From positions 4,704,001 through 4,768,000 of the forward strand of contig OZ243938.1 in assembly GCA_965214095.1 (NCBI GenBank): a stretch of DNA of 64,000 nucleotides. Reading direction: 5' to 3'. The notes below the pieces were generated by a model. It was not told the origin of the DNA. It was given only the letters and a program-made list of their open reading frames with translations, and ran no database searches. Every line of letters begins with the position of its first letter. The stretch's first letter is position 1. The position numbers and the translations under genes are program-made. The DNA comes from Candidatus Poribacteria bacterium. Its GTDB lineage: Bacteria > Poribacteria > WGA-4E > WGA-3G. This document shows, in pieces, positions 20,701 to 29,144 of this stretch.

Positions 20701-21129
20701 GATTATATATTGGTTATGGAACAGTGTATCTGGTTTTAGTCGTATATGATCACCGATAGCAATATCTGTATGTCTGCCGAGAAAAGTCTCTTCAACCAAG
20801 ATTGCCCTGTCCAATTGTGTTGTGAACCTCAGGCTGTCAAGTTGTCCACTCCATCCAATAACCAATTTCCCATTCTTATCAAATTCTTGCTGATCTGAGT
20901 ATCTACTGATTTCACTGCCTTCAACCACCTCTTGACCATAAAGATCGCGGAAGAATTGAGGTTCTTCTTCTAATCTGAATCTATCAGAGAATTTTGCCTC
21001 ACTTTCTATAGCAGGTAAGAGGGGTTCATAAGGTCCAAGTGGTTGCGCACCGCAACCGATGAAAATGAATGTAATAAAGATGTAAGTCAATGTAAGTAGA
21101 GAATACGTCACATGTCTTAATTTTTTCAT
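17797..21129 (-). CDS. Large lipoprotein / putative outer-membrane beta-barrel with an acidic Ca-binding loop region
   Basis: FIGC lipobox; DDDDQDGWPDD, DRDQNG and DLNNNG motifs; alternating beta-strand pattern; ends YVRAMAGF. Paralog of 39488-41467. Confidence 0.7.
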   Translation of the reverse strand: MKKLRHVTYSLLTLTYIFITFIFIGCGAQPLGPYEPLLPAIESEAKFSDRFRLEEEPQFFRDLYGQEVVEGSEISRYSDQQEFDKNGKLVIGWSGQLDSLRFTTQLDRAILVEETFLGRHTDIAIGDHIRLKPDTLFHNQYIISKTEFDGLRWDISFVQEHHLFSFLHSRISNPIRLVRAAMDPEAIGLDLGRRNGWNPLSRVRNIENTRLIGFRGQTLLTENLRVGYTYINMHKQHPERIISSYMGTVPNIPPETISVVFRDDSPEDNYTRAFTDFYEYDPDLHSDNIQEGVGAAFKSMRITIVTQALTELTPEEIDEGLEPNPLPKETHVFDISADQLVPVGTSNIVDSVDSEWKIVTGFNKMKYDFNLYDIDINIDPRTVKSVVFEMIVAGDYNIAVIGLSKANQAGENPDLQEWIKTSDGHIQMPYRDVIQAPGNYGQSPEYIKDRDKLKDNPSLWNGEGRPRKVSYRYGAARAATLYGIDLEGRIGNIFIRTHYSVNGKYKQYPTLPKDKVGYSRTQTIVKTPDGDQPSGVTINPRTGLHVDANGVPTYSETEGERFEAFLGGDGTDVDADGKLGREKAWFIHLESRFEKLHLAGVLYHIDPGYTTTYLNLGPNPNRGSVFTLDKNVDIDRLPGEIDSWEVNNYILIEDDDDQDGWPDDVDFDGVIPRADDRDQNGVLDYHEDFLIFDADPPVFKGIIDLNNNGTIDTIEDNLEPQYEYGIDRQGYHINAKYDLLNNLSLQIGWLNEREISSRRKNNSKYVHVIYDRDIPDFGSIAFQNRFVRVQDDIPDYTITLPVGELDTVSINDELDYYNARKNTTIFQCIYSAVPNLTLEAKSLVVMQKQLKQDETNALFTDVEYDPITKSFEADERVDFMVLENQIRSSGDRRESPFYPDHGINALDPNDTGLIYDKTNWKKRRYPDRNIRNQLTILKGRYEIPLGDLPHFNRIGVDLVLTPMAKYVWDRAFDRTAEEIPKTLNPDLFAPTDLEVVEYLRFNRRSREDILGVRLDYHFSPKIKLLGGFQYRKFVNRDQNFKKYLQKYSVDTPVPSIYRPDLRTRILEIQTINRGQWLGATIIVLAGVRRTTNLFRNTVTNTMYVRAMAGF

Positions 21130-21204
21130 TTAGTTAATTCTCCCTACTCAAATAGAAAGTTGGTCTTAACAGACAATCCTCAATGGTTAATTTTGAGATA
21201 TATA

Positions 21205-21220
21205 AGCAAGATATATGCCA
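21205..21220 (-). promoter_or_regulatory. Sigma54 -24/-12 promoter
   Basis: TGGCATATATCTTGCT, about 75 bp upstream of the start at 21129. Confidence 0.8.
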
Positions 21221-21281
21221 CAAGTTATGAACTGTAAAATCCCTAAGAATCAATATCAGTTGGTATGTGTAAGAAAAATGC

Positions 21282-21327
21282 TGCCCATGAATGTGCAATA
21301 CTTAATTTTGTTGCACATTCATGGGCA
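21282..21327. promoter_or_regulatory. Paired enhancer (UAS) sites TGCAC-N6-GGGCA
   Basis: TGCCCATGAATGTGCA and TGCACATTCATGGGCA are exact inverted copies, 30 bp apart. Confidence 0.7.
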
Positions 21328-21333
21328 TATACT

Positions 21334-21434
21334 TATACCATTTCCAAGAGATAACTTGTCATTATCAAAATAGGTGTTCGTAGTCGCGCGATTCACAATC
21401 TCATAATGAACTATTCTTTATTGGAAATGGTATT
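21334..21434. repeat. MITE-like family 2 copy
   Basis: TACCATTTCCAA...TTGGAAATGGTA ends; the interior is the reverse complement of 835-973 with a deletion. Confidence 0.75.
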
Positions 21435-21437
21435 ACC

Positions 21438-21827
21438 TCACTTTCTATCTACAATAGTGTAAAATTCAACCGTATCAATACGTCCACTACCAGTTGTTAT
21501 AGGTTTAATGATTTTAATTGCATCTGTCTCGGCATATAGGAAGATATCGTACGGGAAAGTGATCCCACCTTGGACTTTCTTTTTTAATTCCCAACGATTT
21601 GCCCTCTTACGGACTGAAATATCAAAGTTTTGGTACTTCCCAACACCAAGCAGTCTAACTTTTCGCACAATTGCTTTTTCTGGTATGGAGAAGATGACTC
21701 CATAAAATATTGGCTTTTCTGTCACTGGTTGATCAATCAGAACATATACCTGTTCTGTAAAGAGAACGGCACAACCGATCAATGATAAGTAGATTGGTAT
21801 TAAGAATAGAAATGTCAGTTTAGTCAT
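21438..21827 (-). CDS. Small lipoprotein of unknown function
   Basis: LIGC lipobox; GAGG RBS. Confidence 0.75.
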   Translation of the reverse strand: MTKLTFLFLIPIYLSLIGCAVLFTEQVYVLIDQPVTEKPIFYGVIFSIPEKAIVRKVRLLGVGKYQNFDISVRKRANRWELKKKVQGGITFPYDIFLYAETDAIKIIKPITTGSGRIDTVEFYTIVDRK

Positions 21828-21894
21828 ATAAATCCTCTACAATATATCAAATGTAAATAATAATGAATAACACCACAGTCCACATTATTCATAG

Positions 21895-21910
21895 AGCAAT
21901 TATTATGCCA
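21895..21910 (-). promoter_or_regulatory. Sigma54 -24/-12 promoter
   Basis: TGGCATAATAATTGCT, upstream of 21827. Confidence 0.7.
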
Positions 21911-22165
21911 AAGATCTTATTGATAGAAAACAGGTTTATATCAGGATTCTTACGGATTAGCGTTGAGAATTGCAAACTTGCTGTTCAATTTCTGGACAGA
22001 CTTGTTCAAAATGTATTCTACATTCAAGACTTATAGATGGATGCATAATCTATTGACACGACTCAAATATTTGAGTATACTTGAGCAATCTAAAAGAAAA
22101 TGTCTTCAAAAGAGAAACTTAATCATGTTATCGTTAACTCTTAGAAACTTAACAACTGGAATAGG

Positions 22166-24604
22166 ATGTTAAAACAAATTATTGCTTTCGTATTCCTAAT
22201 AGTAATCATCTTGGTTGGGGATACTGTCGCACAGATGAAACAAGACAAGGAGAAGTCTATGGTTGAACGTTGGGGATTATATGAAGTGACCTTGAATGGA
22301 CCCGATACAGGTAATCCTTTCACTGAGGTAGAATTGTCAGCAGAATTTAAACGAAGTGACGTAAAAGGTGGACGCACTTTTGAACCGCAAGGATTCTATG
22401 ATGGGAATGGTATATACAAAATCCGATTCATGCCAGACGAAGTTGGTGAATGGACATACACTACAAAAAGTAGCAGCACAGAATTGAACGGTAAAACCAG
22501 TCAATTTACATGTATTGAACCGACTGAAGGCAACAACGGTCCGGTTGAAGTCTATAAGGATTTCTACCTACAATACGCTGACGGTACGCCCTATCATCAG
22601 TTCGGAACGACATGCTATGCATGGACACATCAGGGAGAGGAGATGGAGGAACAGACACTCAAAACTCTCACGGAAGCACCTTTCAACAAGATGCGGATGT
22701 GTATCTTTCCTAAAGATTATTCCTATAATAAGAATGAACCCGTCTACTATCCATATCAGGGAAAACCGCTCAAAGATTGGGATTTCACAAGATTCAATCC
22801 AGAATTCTGGCAGCATTTTGAGCAGAGAGTACAAGACTTGTTGAAACTTGGTATTGAAGCAGATATAATCCTATTCCACACTTATGACCGATGGGATTTT
22901 GAGAATATGGATGCTGAAAGCGATGATCATTATATCCGTTACGCTGTTGCACGCTTGGCGGCATTCCGCAATGTATGGTGGTCTCTTGCGAATGAATATG
23001 ACATTATGCCAGCAAAAGAGGAATCTGATTGGGATCGGTTTTTTCAGATTATACGAGACCACGATCCATATCAACGGTTACGCGGGATACATAACTGCAG
23101 AGGTTGGTATGACCACAATAAACCTTGGGTGACACATACAAGTATTCAAACGTCAAATATGGCTGAAGGCATCCTTTACCGCACACGATATAATAAACCG
23201 GTTATCTATGATGAGTGTCGCTATGAAGGAGATATACCTCAAGGATGGGGAAACATCACCGCACGACAGATGGTGCAGAATTTTTGGGCAGGTACAGTTT
23301 CAGGATGTTATGTTGGACATGGAGAAACATACAAACATCCTGAAGACCTTTTGTGGTGGGCAAAGGGAGGCATACTCCGTGGTGAAAGTCCAGCACGTAT
23401 TGCATTTCTAAAGGACTTCATGATAGATGCACCAGCATTTGATACACTTGAACCGGTCGGAGATGATAAGGGACGATATGTCCTTGCTAAAGAGGGTGAA
23501 TACTATTTAGTTTATACAACTGAACCGCAAACAATAACAGTTAAACTGCATGGTGACCAACCTTATAAAATTGATGGTATTGATACTTGGAATATGAAAA
23601 TCCTACCTGTTGGGACTGCACAACCAGGCGAATATACATTTGCGTCTTCGCAAACTGATTTTGCATACCGTTTCACACCTTATGCACCGGGTGAGAAACT
23701 GCGTCCAGAAGCAAAAGCATCTGCAGATGTTCTTCAAGGCAGTGCACCGCTTACAGTCTCATTTTCTGCATCAGACGATTTGACGCAACAATGGGATTTC
23801 GGAGATGGCACAACATCTGATGAATCGAATCCGATACACGTTTATGACAATCTTGGACAATATACCGTAATGCTCACTGTTACAGATGCAGATGGTGCAT
23901 CGGCAATAACTGCACTTACCATTAATGTTATGCCTGCTGTTCCTGATGACATAGGCACTCACTCAGAATTTCCTGGATCACGCGACGGACTTGTGTTTGT
24001 TTGGAACGGTACACTTGAGGATACCAATGAAATCGAATCCCGAGATGAAGCAAAATTTGCTGAAGACGGACAAATGGATCTGGCTGGTGGTTCATTTATC
24101 ATACAAAATGTTAATGATTCACTACTTGCAGCATGCAAGAAAAGCAATCAATTAACAATTGAATGTCTCGTCAGCACAGACAATCTAAATCAGAGCGGTC
24201 CGGCGCGCATAATATCGTTTTCAAAGGATGTCACCCATCGCAACTTTACCTTGGGACAGGATGGAAAGCAGTTTGCCATGAGGATCCGAACACCGCGAAC
24301 AGGTACAAACGGTCAAGGAGGCGAGTTCTCATTCGGTGAAATTGAATCAGGAAAGGCAACACATGTTATCGTCAGTTATTTTTCTGGGAATGTCCATTGC
24401 TATGTTAATGGTGAGTTAGTCCAGACGAGTAATGGAATTCAAGGGGACTTCAGCAATTGGGAACTATATCCACTTATTTTCGGTGATGAAGCAAGTGGTG
24501 GAAGGAACTGGGAAGGTAAACTGAGTCATGTTGCAATATATAGTCGGTTTGTCGGTTTGGAAGAGGCTGTGCAGAAGTTCCAACTGATTCAAAGTGAAAT
24601 GTAA
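22166..24604 (+). CDS. Secreted DUF5060/DUF4038 (apiosidase-like glycoside hydrolase) protein with PKD and LamG-like domains
   Basis: GNPF...GFYDG...RFMP, GTTCYAW, WWSLANEYD and YDEC; PKD motif WDFGDG...NPIHVY; C-terminal WEGKLSHVAIYSR. Confidence 0.8.
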   Translation: MLKQIIAFVFLIVIILVGDTVAQMKQDKEKSMVERWGLYEVTLNGPDTGNPFTEVELSAEFKRSDVKGGRTFEPQGFYDGNGIYKIRFMPDEVGEWTYTTKSSSTELNGKTSQFTCIEPTEGNNGPVEVYKDFYLQYADGTPYHQFGTTCYAWTHQGEEMEEQTLKTLTEAPFNKMRMCIFPKDYSYNKNEPVYYPYQGKPLKDWDFTRFNPEFWQHFEQRVQDLLKLGIEADIILFHTYDRWDFENMDAESDDHYIRYAVARLAAFRNVWWSLANEYDIMPAKEESDWDRFFQIIRDHDPYQRLRGIHNCRGWYDHNKPWVTHTSIQTSNMAEGILYRTRYNKPVIYDECRYEGDIPQGWGNITARQMVQNFWAGTVSGCYVGHGETYKHPEDLLWWAKGGILRGESPARIAFLKDFMIDAPAFDTLEPVGDDKGRYVLAKEGEYYLVYTTEPQTITVKLHGDQPYKIDGIDTWNMKILPVGTAQPGEYTFASSQTDFAYRFTPYAPGEKLRPEAKASADVLQGSAPLTVSFSASDDLTQQWDFGDGTTSDESNPIHVYDNLGQYTVMLTVTDADGASAITALTINVMPAVPDDIGTHSEFPGSRDGLVFVWNGTLEDTNEIESRDEAKFAEDGQMDLAGGSFIIQNVNDSLLAACKKSNQLTIECLVSTDNLNQSGPARIISFSKDVTHRNFTLGQDGKQFAMRIRTPRTGTNGQGGEFSFGEIESGKATHVIVSYFSGNVHCYVNGELVQTSNGIQGDFSNWELYPLIFGDEASGGRNWEGKLSHVAIYSRFVGLEEAVQKFQLIQSEM

Positions 24605-24906
24605 AATATATGCACACTTCACGGTAGATGCGGTTTCCTAACCAATGCAGAATGCCATACGGGGAATGCCTAAAGAAGCATGCGCGTGTGGCATGCTCCA
24701 TGATTCATACCGTTGATTTGGCGCATTCTGCCTGACTATGAGCCTGAACAAATACCTTCATAGAGGTTCTCGCGTAGGATCCGGTTCGGTTAGGAAACCG
24801 AACCTACCGTCCTGGGGAAAACGCCTAATTTACACTAAATTGACCCCTGTGGTTCGGTTAGGAAACCGAACCTACCGTGGTGTGTACTAATTCTGGTTTT
24901 ACTATA
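24592..24906. repeat. Expanded family-1 element with nested inserts; overlaps the stop of the upstream gene
   Basis: AGTGAAATGTAAAA...GGTTTTACTATA ends; three GGTTTCCTAACC/GGTTAGGAAACC cores; a GCAGAATG...CATTCTGC insert. Confidence 0.7.
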
Positions 24907-24926
24907 GACACAATGGAAACATATAA

Positions 24927-26516
24927 ATGAATGACAAGGTATTTCATCTGCGCTTGTTAATAACAGTATTGCTGTTCTGTATCTTTTCAACGTTATGTCT
25001 GCAATACGGTATTGCTCAGAACTACACGCACAAGAGTCTCCCTGAAGGCACAAAAGCACGTCTTGGTAAAGGAATTATCAAAGATATTCTCTATTCTCCT
25101 GATGGAAAATTGTTTGCCGTTGTAAGTTCAATTGGTCTTTGGCTCTATGACACAAAGGATTATCAAGAAATCACCTTACTTCCAATTCCTAAGAGTGGGA
25201 ATAGACCGTTGGCACATAAAATTCAGGACACATACTTCAGTGTTGATGGACAGATGTTGATATGTGAAACTAAAGAGAAGCAAGCTATCATTTGGGATGT
25301 CTCCACGGAGGAAAGCAAAGAAATTAACCTTACAATCGGTGCATCCTTTCGTGCTGATAGAAAAACATTGACTATTGGTTCTGGGCAAGAACAGGTAGAA
25401 TTATGGCAAAGTAAAAAAGAAATAATAGTGAATCCGCAAAAACAGTCTGGTGAAATAGACAAAATAATTGCATACAGTCCTGACGAACAAACTTATGCAA
25501 CTACCGAAGACAAATATAACATTAGGATAAGAGACAAACGAAGTGGAAATAAAACGATAAAAACAATTAAATTCACTAAGTTTAACTACGGTCAAAGTAT
25601 TCGTCTTAGTCCAGATGAACAAACGCTTGCAACACTAAATGCGAAATCACCTATTCGTCTGTGGGATAGCAATACAGGTATATTAAAGAGAACACTTAGT
25701 GGACATCTTGTAAAAAACAATCCTATCCGAATTCAAACACGTTATAATCCTCCATCTCAACTTGATAGTATTGTATTCAGTCCAAATGGGAAAATTCTTG
25801 CAAATGGAAGTTTGAATGGTGAAATTCTTTTATGGAATACAAGCAGTGGAAAGTTGATTAGGAAATTTACAGATCAATTTGGATTCATTAAGAGTCTATC
25901 CTTTAGTCCAGATGGAAAGTTTCTGGCAAGTGGTAGTGATGGTGGAAGCATCCTTGTATGGAATGTTGAAACAGGAAAACATAAGCCATTTCTCGCTGAA
26001 CGGATGCGGGGTATCTCTTGTGTATCTTTCAGTCGTGATGGAAGTATACTTGTTGGCGGAAGTGTAAATGGAGACATTTTTTTCTTTGATGTAGAAACAG
26101 GAAATACACTAAAAACATTTACAGGTCATATTGCAGAAATTAGTCATTTAATGTTCAGTCCAGATGACTCCCAAATCGCAAGTGCAGGTTGGGATGGAAG
26201 TGTTCGTTTGTGGGATATAGAAACAAGGAAGCAGATAAAGACCCTCTCAGCACCAATCTCAGTACATTTCCGGGGTTATTGGCAGGAAATTTTGTTTACA
26301 GAGGATGAAAATCTATTTGCCATCAATATTGACTATAGCAATTTTATTCATTTATGGAATGTAAGCAGCGGGGAATACGTCAAAATGTTGGTGGGACATG
26401 CGTCTCGTTTACGCAGTTTTTCTGTCAGTACTGATACACAGACACTCGCAAGTTTCAGTGCTGACGGTACGATATTGTTATGGGACTTGTATTCCATAAT
26501 TAATGCGATACAATAA
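24927..26516 (+). CDS. Secreted WD40-repeat protein
   Basis: Signal peptide; LPEGTKARLGKG; repeated FSPDG...LASGS.DG.I.LW units. Confidence 0.9.
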   Translation: MNDKVFHLRLLITVLLFCIFSTLCLQYGIAQNYTHKSLPEGTKARLGKGIIKDILYSPDGKLFAVVSSIGLWLYDTKDYQEITLLPIPKSGNRPLAHKIQDTYFSVDGQMLICETKEKQAIIWDVSTEESKEINLTIGASFRADRKTLTIGSGQEQVELWQSKKEIIVNPQKQSGEIDKIIAYSPDEQTYATTEDKYNIRIRDKRSGNKTIKTIKFTKFNYGQSIRLSPDEQTLATLNAKSPIRLWDSNTGILKRTLSGHLVKNNPIRIQTRYNPPSQLDSIVFSPNGKILANGSLNGEILLWNTSSGKLIRKFTDQFGFIKSLSFSPDGKFLASGSDGGSILVWNVETGKHKPFLAERMRGISCVSFSRDGSILVGGSVNGDIFFFDVETGNTLKTFTGHIAEISHLMFSPDDSQIASAGWDGSVRLWDIETRKQIKTLSAPISVHFRGYWQEILFTEDENLFAINIDYSNFIHLWNVSSGEYVKMLVGHASRLRSFSVSTDTQTLASFSADGTILLWDLYSIINAIQ

Positions 26517-26540
26517 GTAATATCAAATTAACCTAAATCG

Positions 26541-26562
26541 TAGGGGCAGGGTTCCCCTGCCC
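26541..26562 (+). repeat. Single GTAG-REP hairpin
   Basis: GTAGGGGCAGGGTTCCCCTGCCC. Confidence 0.6.
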
Positions 26563-26646
26563 GGCCGTGTTCTCAGCATCAAAAACAGGACAAATCTCGT
26601 TAATTTGGTATATTATGAAATCAACATAACCAATAAGGTTAGAAAA

Positions 26647-28566
26647 ATGAAAAACAGAATGCTTTTAATTTTGCTGGCGATAGGTATAATTTCTGTTTCC
26701 ATAATATCCATAATCGTAACAACAAAGAAACCTCCAGATGATTTTATTCCAGAGACACCGCAGCGGGATTTACCAAACGGTGTGAAAGCACGTATTGGGA
26801 AAGGTAGGATATTAGATGTTGCGTACGTTCCAGAAAGCACACAATTTGCTGTTGGCAGTTCTACTGGAATATGGTTCTATGACGCAAATACCTTAGAAGA
26901 AGTTGGTGCTATTCAAGGAAATACTGGTAAAAAACTCAGAATGTCTTTCAGTCCGGATGGAAAAACATTTGCGACAGTAGATGGTAGTAAAACTCTCCGT
27001 TTATGGGACACAGAAACTCTTCAGCACAAAGCTACTTTCATTCGTGATGCTTATCATGCTCCGGCTTTCGTATTTGATTATGTATCGTTTATTGGTGATG
27101 GTCAAACTTTGGCAAGTAGATATCTCGGCAGTGTTGATTTTTGGGATACTACTACATTTGCACATCACTCTGAACTTAGCACTTATACACATGGAAATAT
27201 GGCCTTTTGTTCGGATGGAAGACTACTTGCTTATGAATGGAATGATGGTATCCAAATAGTGAATGTTGCAGAAGACAAGAAAATGAAAAGCTTAAAGGTA
27301 CCAAGAGACCATATTGAGAGTTTTGCATTTAGTCCGGATGGACAAATACTTGCAGGTGGAACTCGTGACAAATTAATCAATTTGTGGAATATTGATACAA
27401 GTGGACTGAAGAAGACAATTAAAGCACATAAACATAGTATAGAATCTATTGCATTTAGTCCAGATGGGAAAACACTTGCCAGTGGAAGTTTTGATCAAAC
27501 TGTCAAATTATGGGATGTTGCTAAAGGAAAACATAAGAAGACATTCAAAGAGCATTCCAATGAAATACATAAAGTACTATTCAGTCCAGATGGAAAAACA
27601 CTTTTAAGTTATTGTCGGGATAGCATCGTTCATCAATGGGATGTTGAAACGGGTAAACATAAGAATACACTCAATGATCATAGAAATTTTGCCACTAGCA
27701 TATCGTTGAGTCCGGATGGTTTGACAATAGCAAGTGGAGGTCTGGACAAAACCGTACGTTTGTGGGATGCAAACACTGGTGAACACAAAATGGTGATTAG
27801 AGGACATAAATCAGTTGTAACTTCCGTATCCTACAGTCCTGATGGATTAACCATAGCGAGTGGTAGTCGTGATAAGAATGTTCGGTTGTGGGATGTTGCA
27901 ACAGGACAACATAAGAAAACACTACGAGGACATATAAGAGAAATAAAAAATGTCCGATTCAGTCCAGATGGAAACCTACTTGCAAGTCAGAGTCATAGAA
28001 GTGTCAGGTTATGGGATGTTAATACAGGTCGTCAAAAATACAATTATGTTATTAAACCCTTTAGTTCCTTTGAATTAGGTTTATCGTTCAGTTCGGATGG
28101 GAAATACCTTGCAAGTACTGGTAATGATGCGAAGATTTTTATGTGGGAAGTTTCCACAGGTAAACTCATTCGGACATTCAAAGGAGCGAATGGGATATTA
28201 GAAGATTTAGCGTTCAGTCCGGATGGAAAAACAATAGTATCTGGAGGAATTAACACACCTATGTATCTATGGAATACAGATACTGGAGAGCGGATCAAAA
28301 CTGTTAAAAGACGAACAGGTTTCATAAGCTCATTAGTATATAGTCCGGATGGGAAATACCTTGTAAATGGTAGTTATCATTCTAATTTACACTTTTGGGA
28401 TACTGACACCGGTATAAAAAAGAAAACACTCAAAGATCATGGACTTGCAATCTTTGATATCTTATTTAGTCGGGATGGATCAACACTTGTAAGTCAGAGT
28501 ATAGATGGAACTGTGTTTGTGTGGGATTTTACTTCTATATTGAAAACAATCAATACTAAGAATTAA
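26647..28566 (+). CDS. Membrane-anchored or secreted WD40-repeat protein (~14 repeats)
   Basis: MKNRMLLILL TM segment; LPNGVKARIGKG; many GH...FSPDG...RLWD repeats. Confidence 0.9.
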   Translation: MKNRMLLILLAIGIISVSIISIIVTTKKPPDDFIPETPQRDLPNGVKARIGKGRILDVAYVPESTQFAVGSSTGIWFYDANTLEEVGAIQGNTGKKLRMSFSPDGKTFATVDGSKTLRLWDTETLQHKATFIRDAYHAPAFVFDYVSFIGDGQTLASRYLGSVDFWDTTTFAHHSELSTYTHGNMAFCSDGRLLAYEWNDGIQIVNVAEDKKMKSLKVPRDHIESFAFSPDGQILAGGTRDKLINLWNIDTSGLKKTIKAHKHSIESIAFSPDGKTLASGSFDQTVKLWDVAKGKHKKTFKEHSNEIHKVLFSPDGKTLLSYCRDSIVHQWDVETGKHKNTLNDHRNFATSISLSPDGLTIASGGLDKTVRLWDANTGEHKMVIRGHKSVVTSVSYSPDGLTIASGSRDKNVRLWDVATGQHKKTLRGHIREIKNVRFSPDGNLLASQSHRSVRLWDVNTGRQKYNYVIKPFSSFELGLSFSSDGKYLASTGNDAKIFMWEVSTGKLIRTFKGANGILEDLAFSPDGKTIVSGGINTPMYLWNTDTGERIKTVKRRTGFISSLVYSPDGKYLVNGSYHSNLHFWDTDTGIKKKTLKDHGLAIFDILFSRDGSTLVSQSIDGTVFVWDFTSILKTINTKN

Positions 28567-28573
28567 ACTATGT

Positions 28574-29002
28574 CTGACGGCTCCCAAACCTAAAGGATTG
28601 GGGTTCTTTTAGGTCATCTTCTCACTCCGAGAGTTTTTTGAAAATGTGGGCATCTTTTATAGGCTTATAGACTACTCACTTGGGTTCAAGCCAAGTTTAC
28701 CAGCACAGCAATTGTGGGGGTGCCCGCCAAGACACGACTAACAGGGACTACTTTATTACCCCAAAATCGTCCCAGATACTTTGTCTATTGTTCTGTTATT
28801 TCGCGGTTGTGGAGGGAACACCGCCACAATCTCATAAAGCGATTCCAGAACTCATCACAAACGACTGGCAAGGATCACAACTTGCAGCGTATACAACCGA
28901 ATGTGGTATCGTTGAGAGTATCAACATCAACTCTGTCCAAGCAAGTGGATTGGATAGGACATTGGCAAGGTTGTCAATGATTGCTTTCCTATCCAGTTGA
29001 CA
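28574..29002 (-). ncRNA. Putative ~430-nt structured non-coding RNA inside the IS200/IS605-like element
   Basis: Upstream promoter TTGATT-N17-TATATT with extended TG; multiple stems and a 5' pseudoknot; no credible ORF. Confidence 0.55.
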
Positions 29003-29007
29003 TATAG

Positions 29008-29036
29008 AATATACCACATTTCTTGAATAAAATCAA
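29008..29036 (-). promoter_or_regulatory. Sigma70 promoter inside the element's left end
   Basis: TTGATT-N17-TATATT with a TGn extension. Confidence 0.6.
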
Positions 29037-29144
29037 GGTTTGTGGCAGTGTTTCATCCCAAATCTAAAGAATTGGACTTTCACACCGCAACGTTAGGTAA
29101 AATGAGAATACTCATTTCTTTGGAGTGGAGATACAACATTTGAC

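Larger units (their letters stand above)
28574..29096 (-). mobile_element. Non-autonomous IS200/IS605-family element (PATE-like), 523 bp, no tnpA or tnpB
   Basis: TTAC target 5' of the left end; AAAG guide plus hairpin at the left end; GAAC guide, hairpin and TCAG at the right end; the two subterminal hairpins are similar. Confidence 0.75.

Noticed and set aside
24781-24880. Two 27-bp palindromic repeats about 40 bp apart, as a CRISPR array
   Set aside because: The same unit is dispersed in inverted pairs at 14210, 39303 and 49660, which is REP behaviour.
28660-28780. tRNA T-arm (GGGTTCAAG) or group I intron core (GACTA/TAGTC) in the element
   Set aside because: I could not build a cloverleaf or a correctly ordered P3/P7 core by eye.
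28680-29017. Short ORFs (106, 88 and 61 aa) inside the IS200/IS605-like element
   Set aside because: No RBS, no HUH, RuvC or zinc-finger motifs, and they overlap on both strands. Likely spurious.
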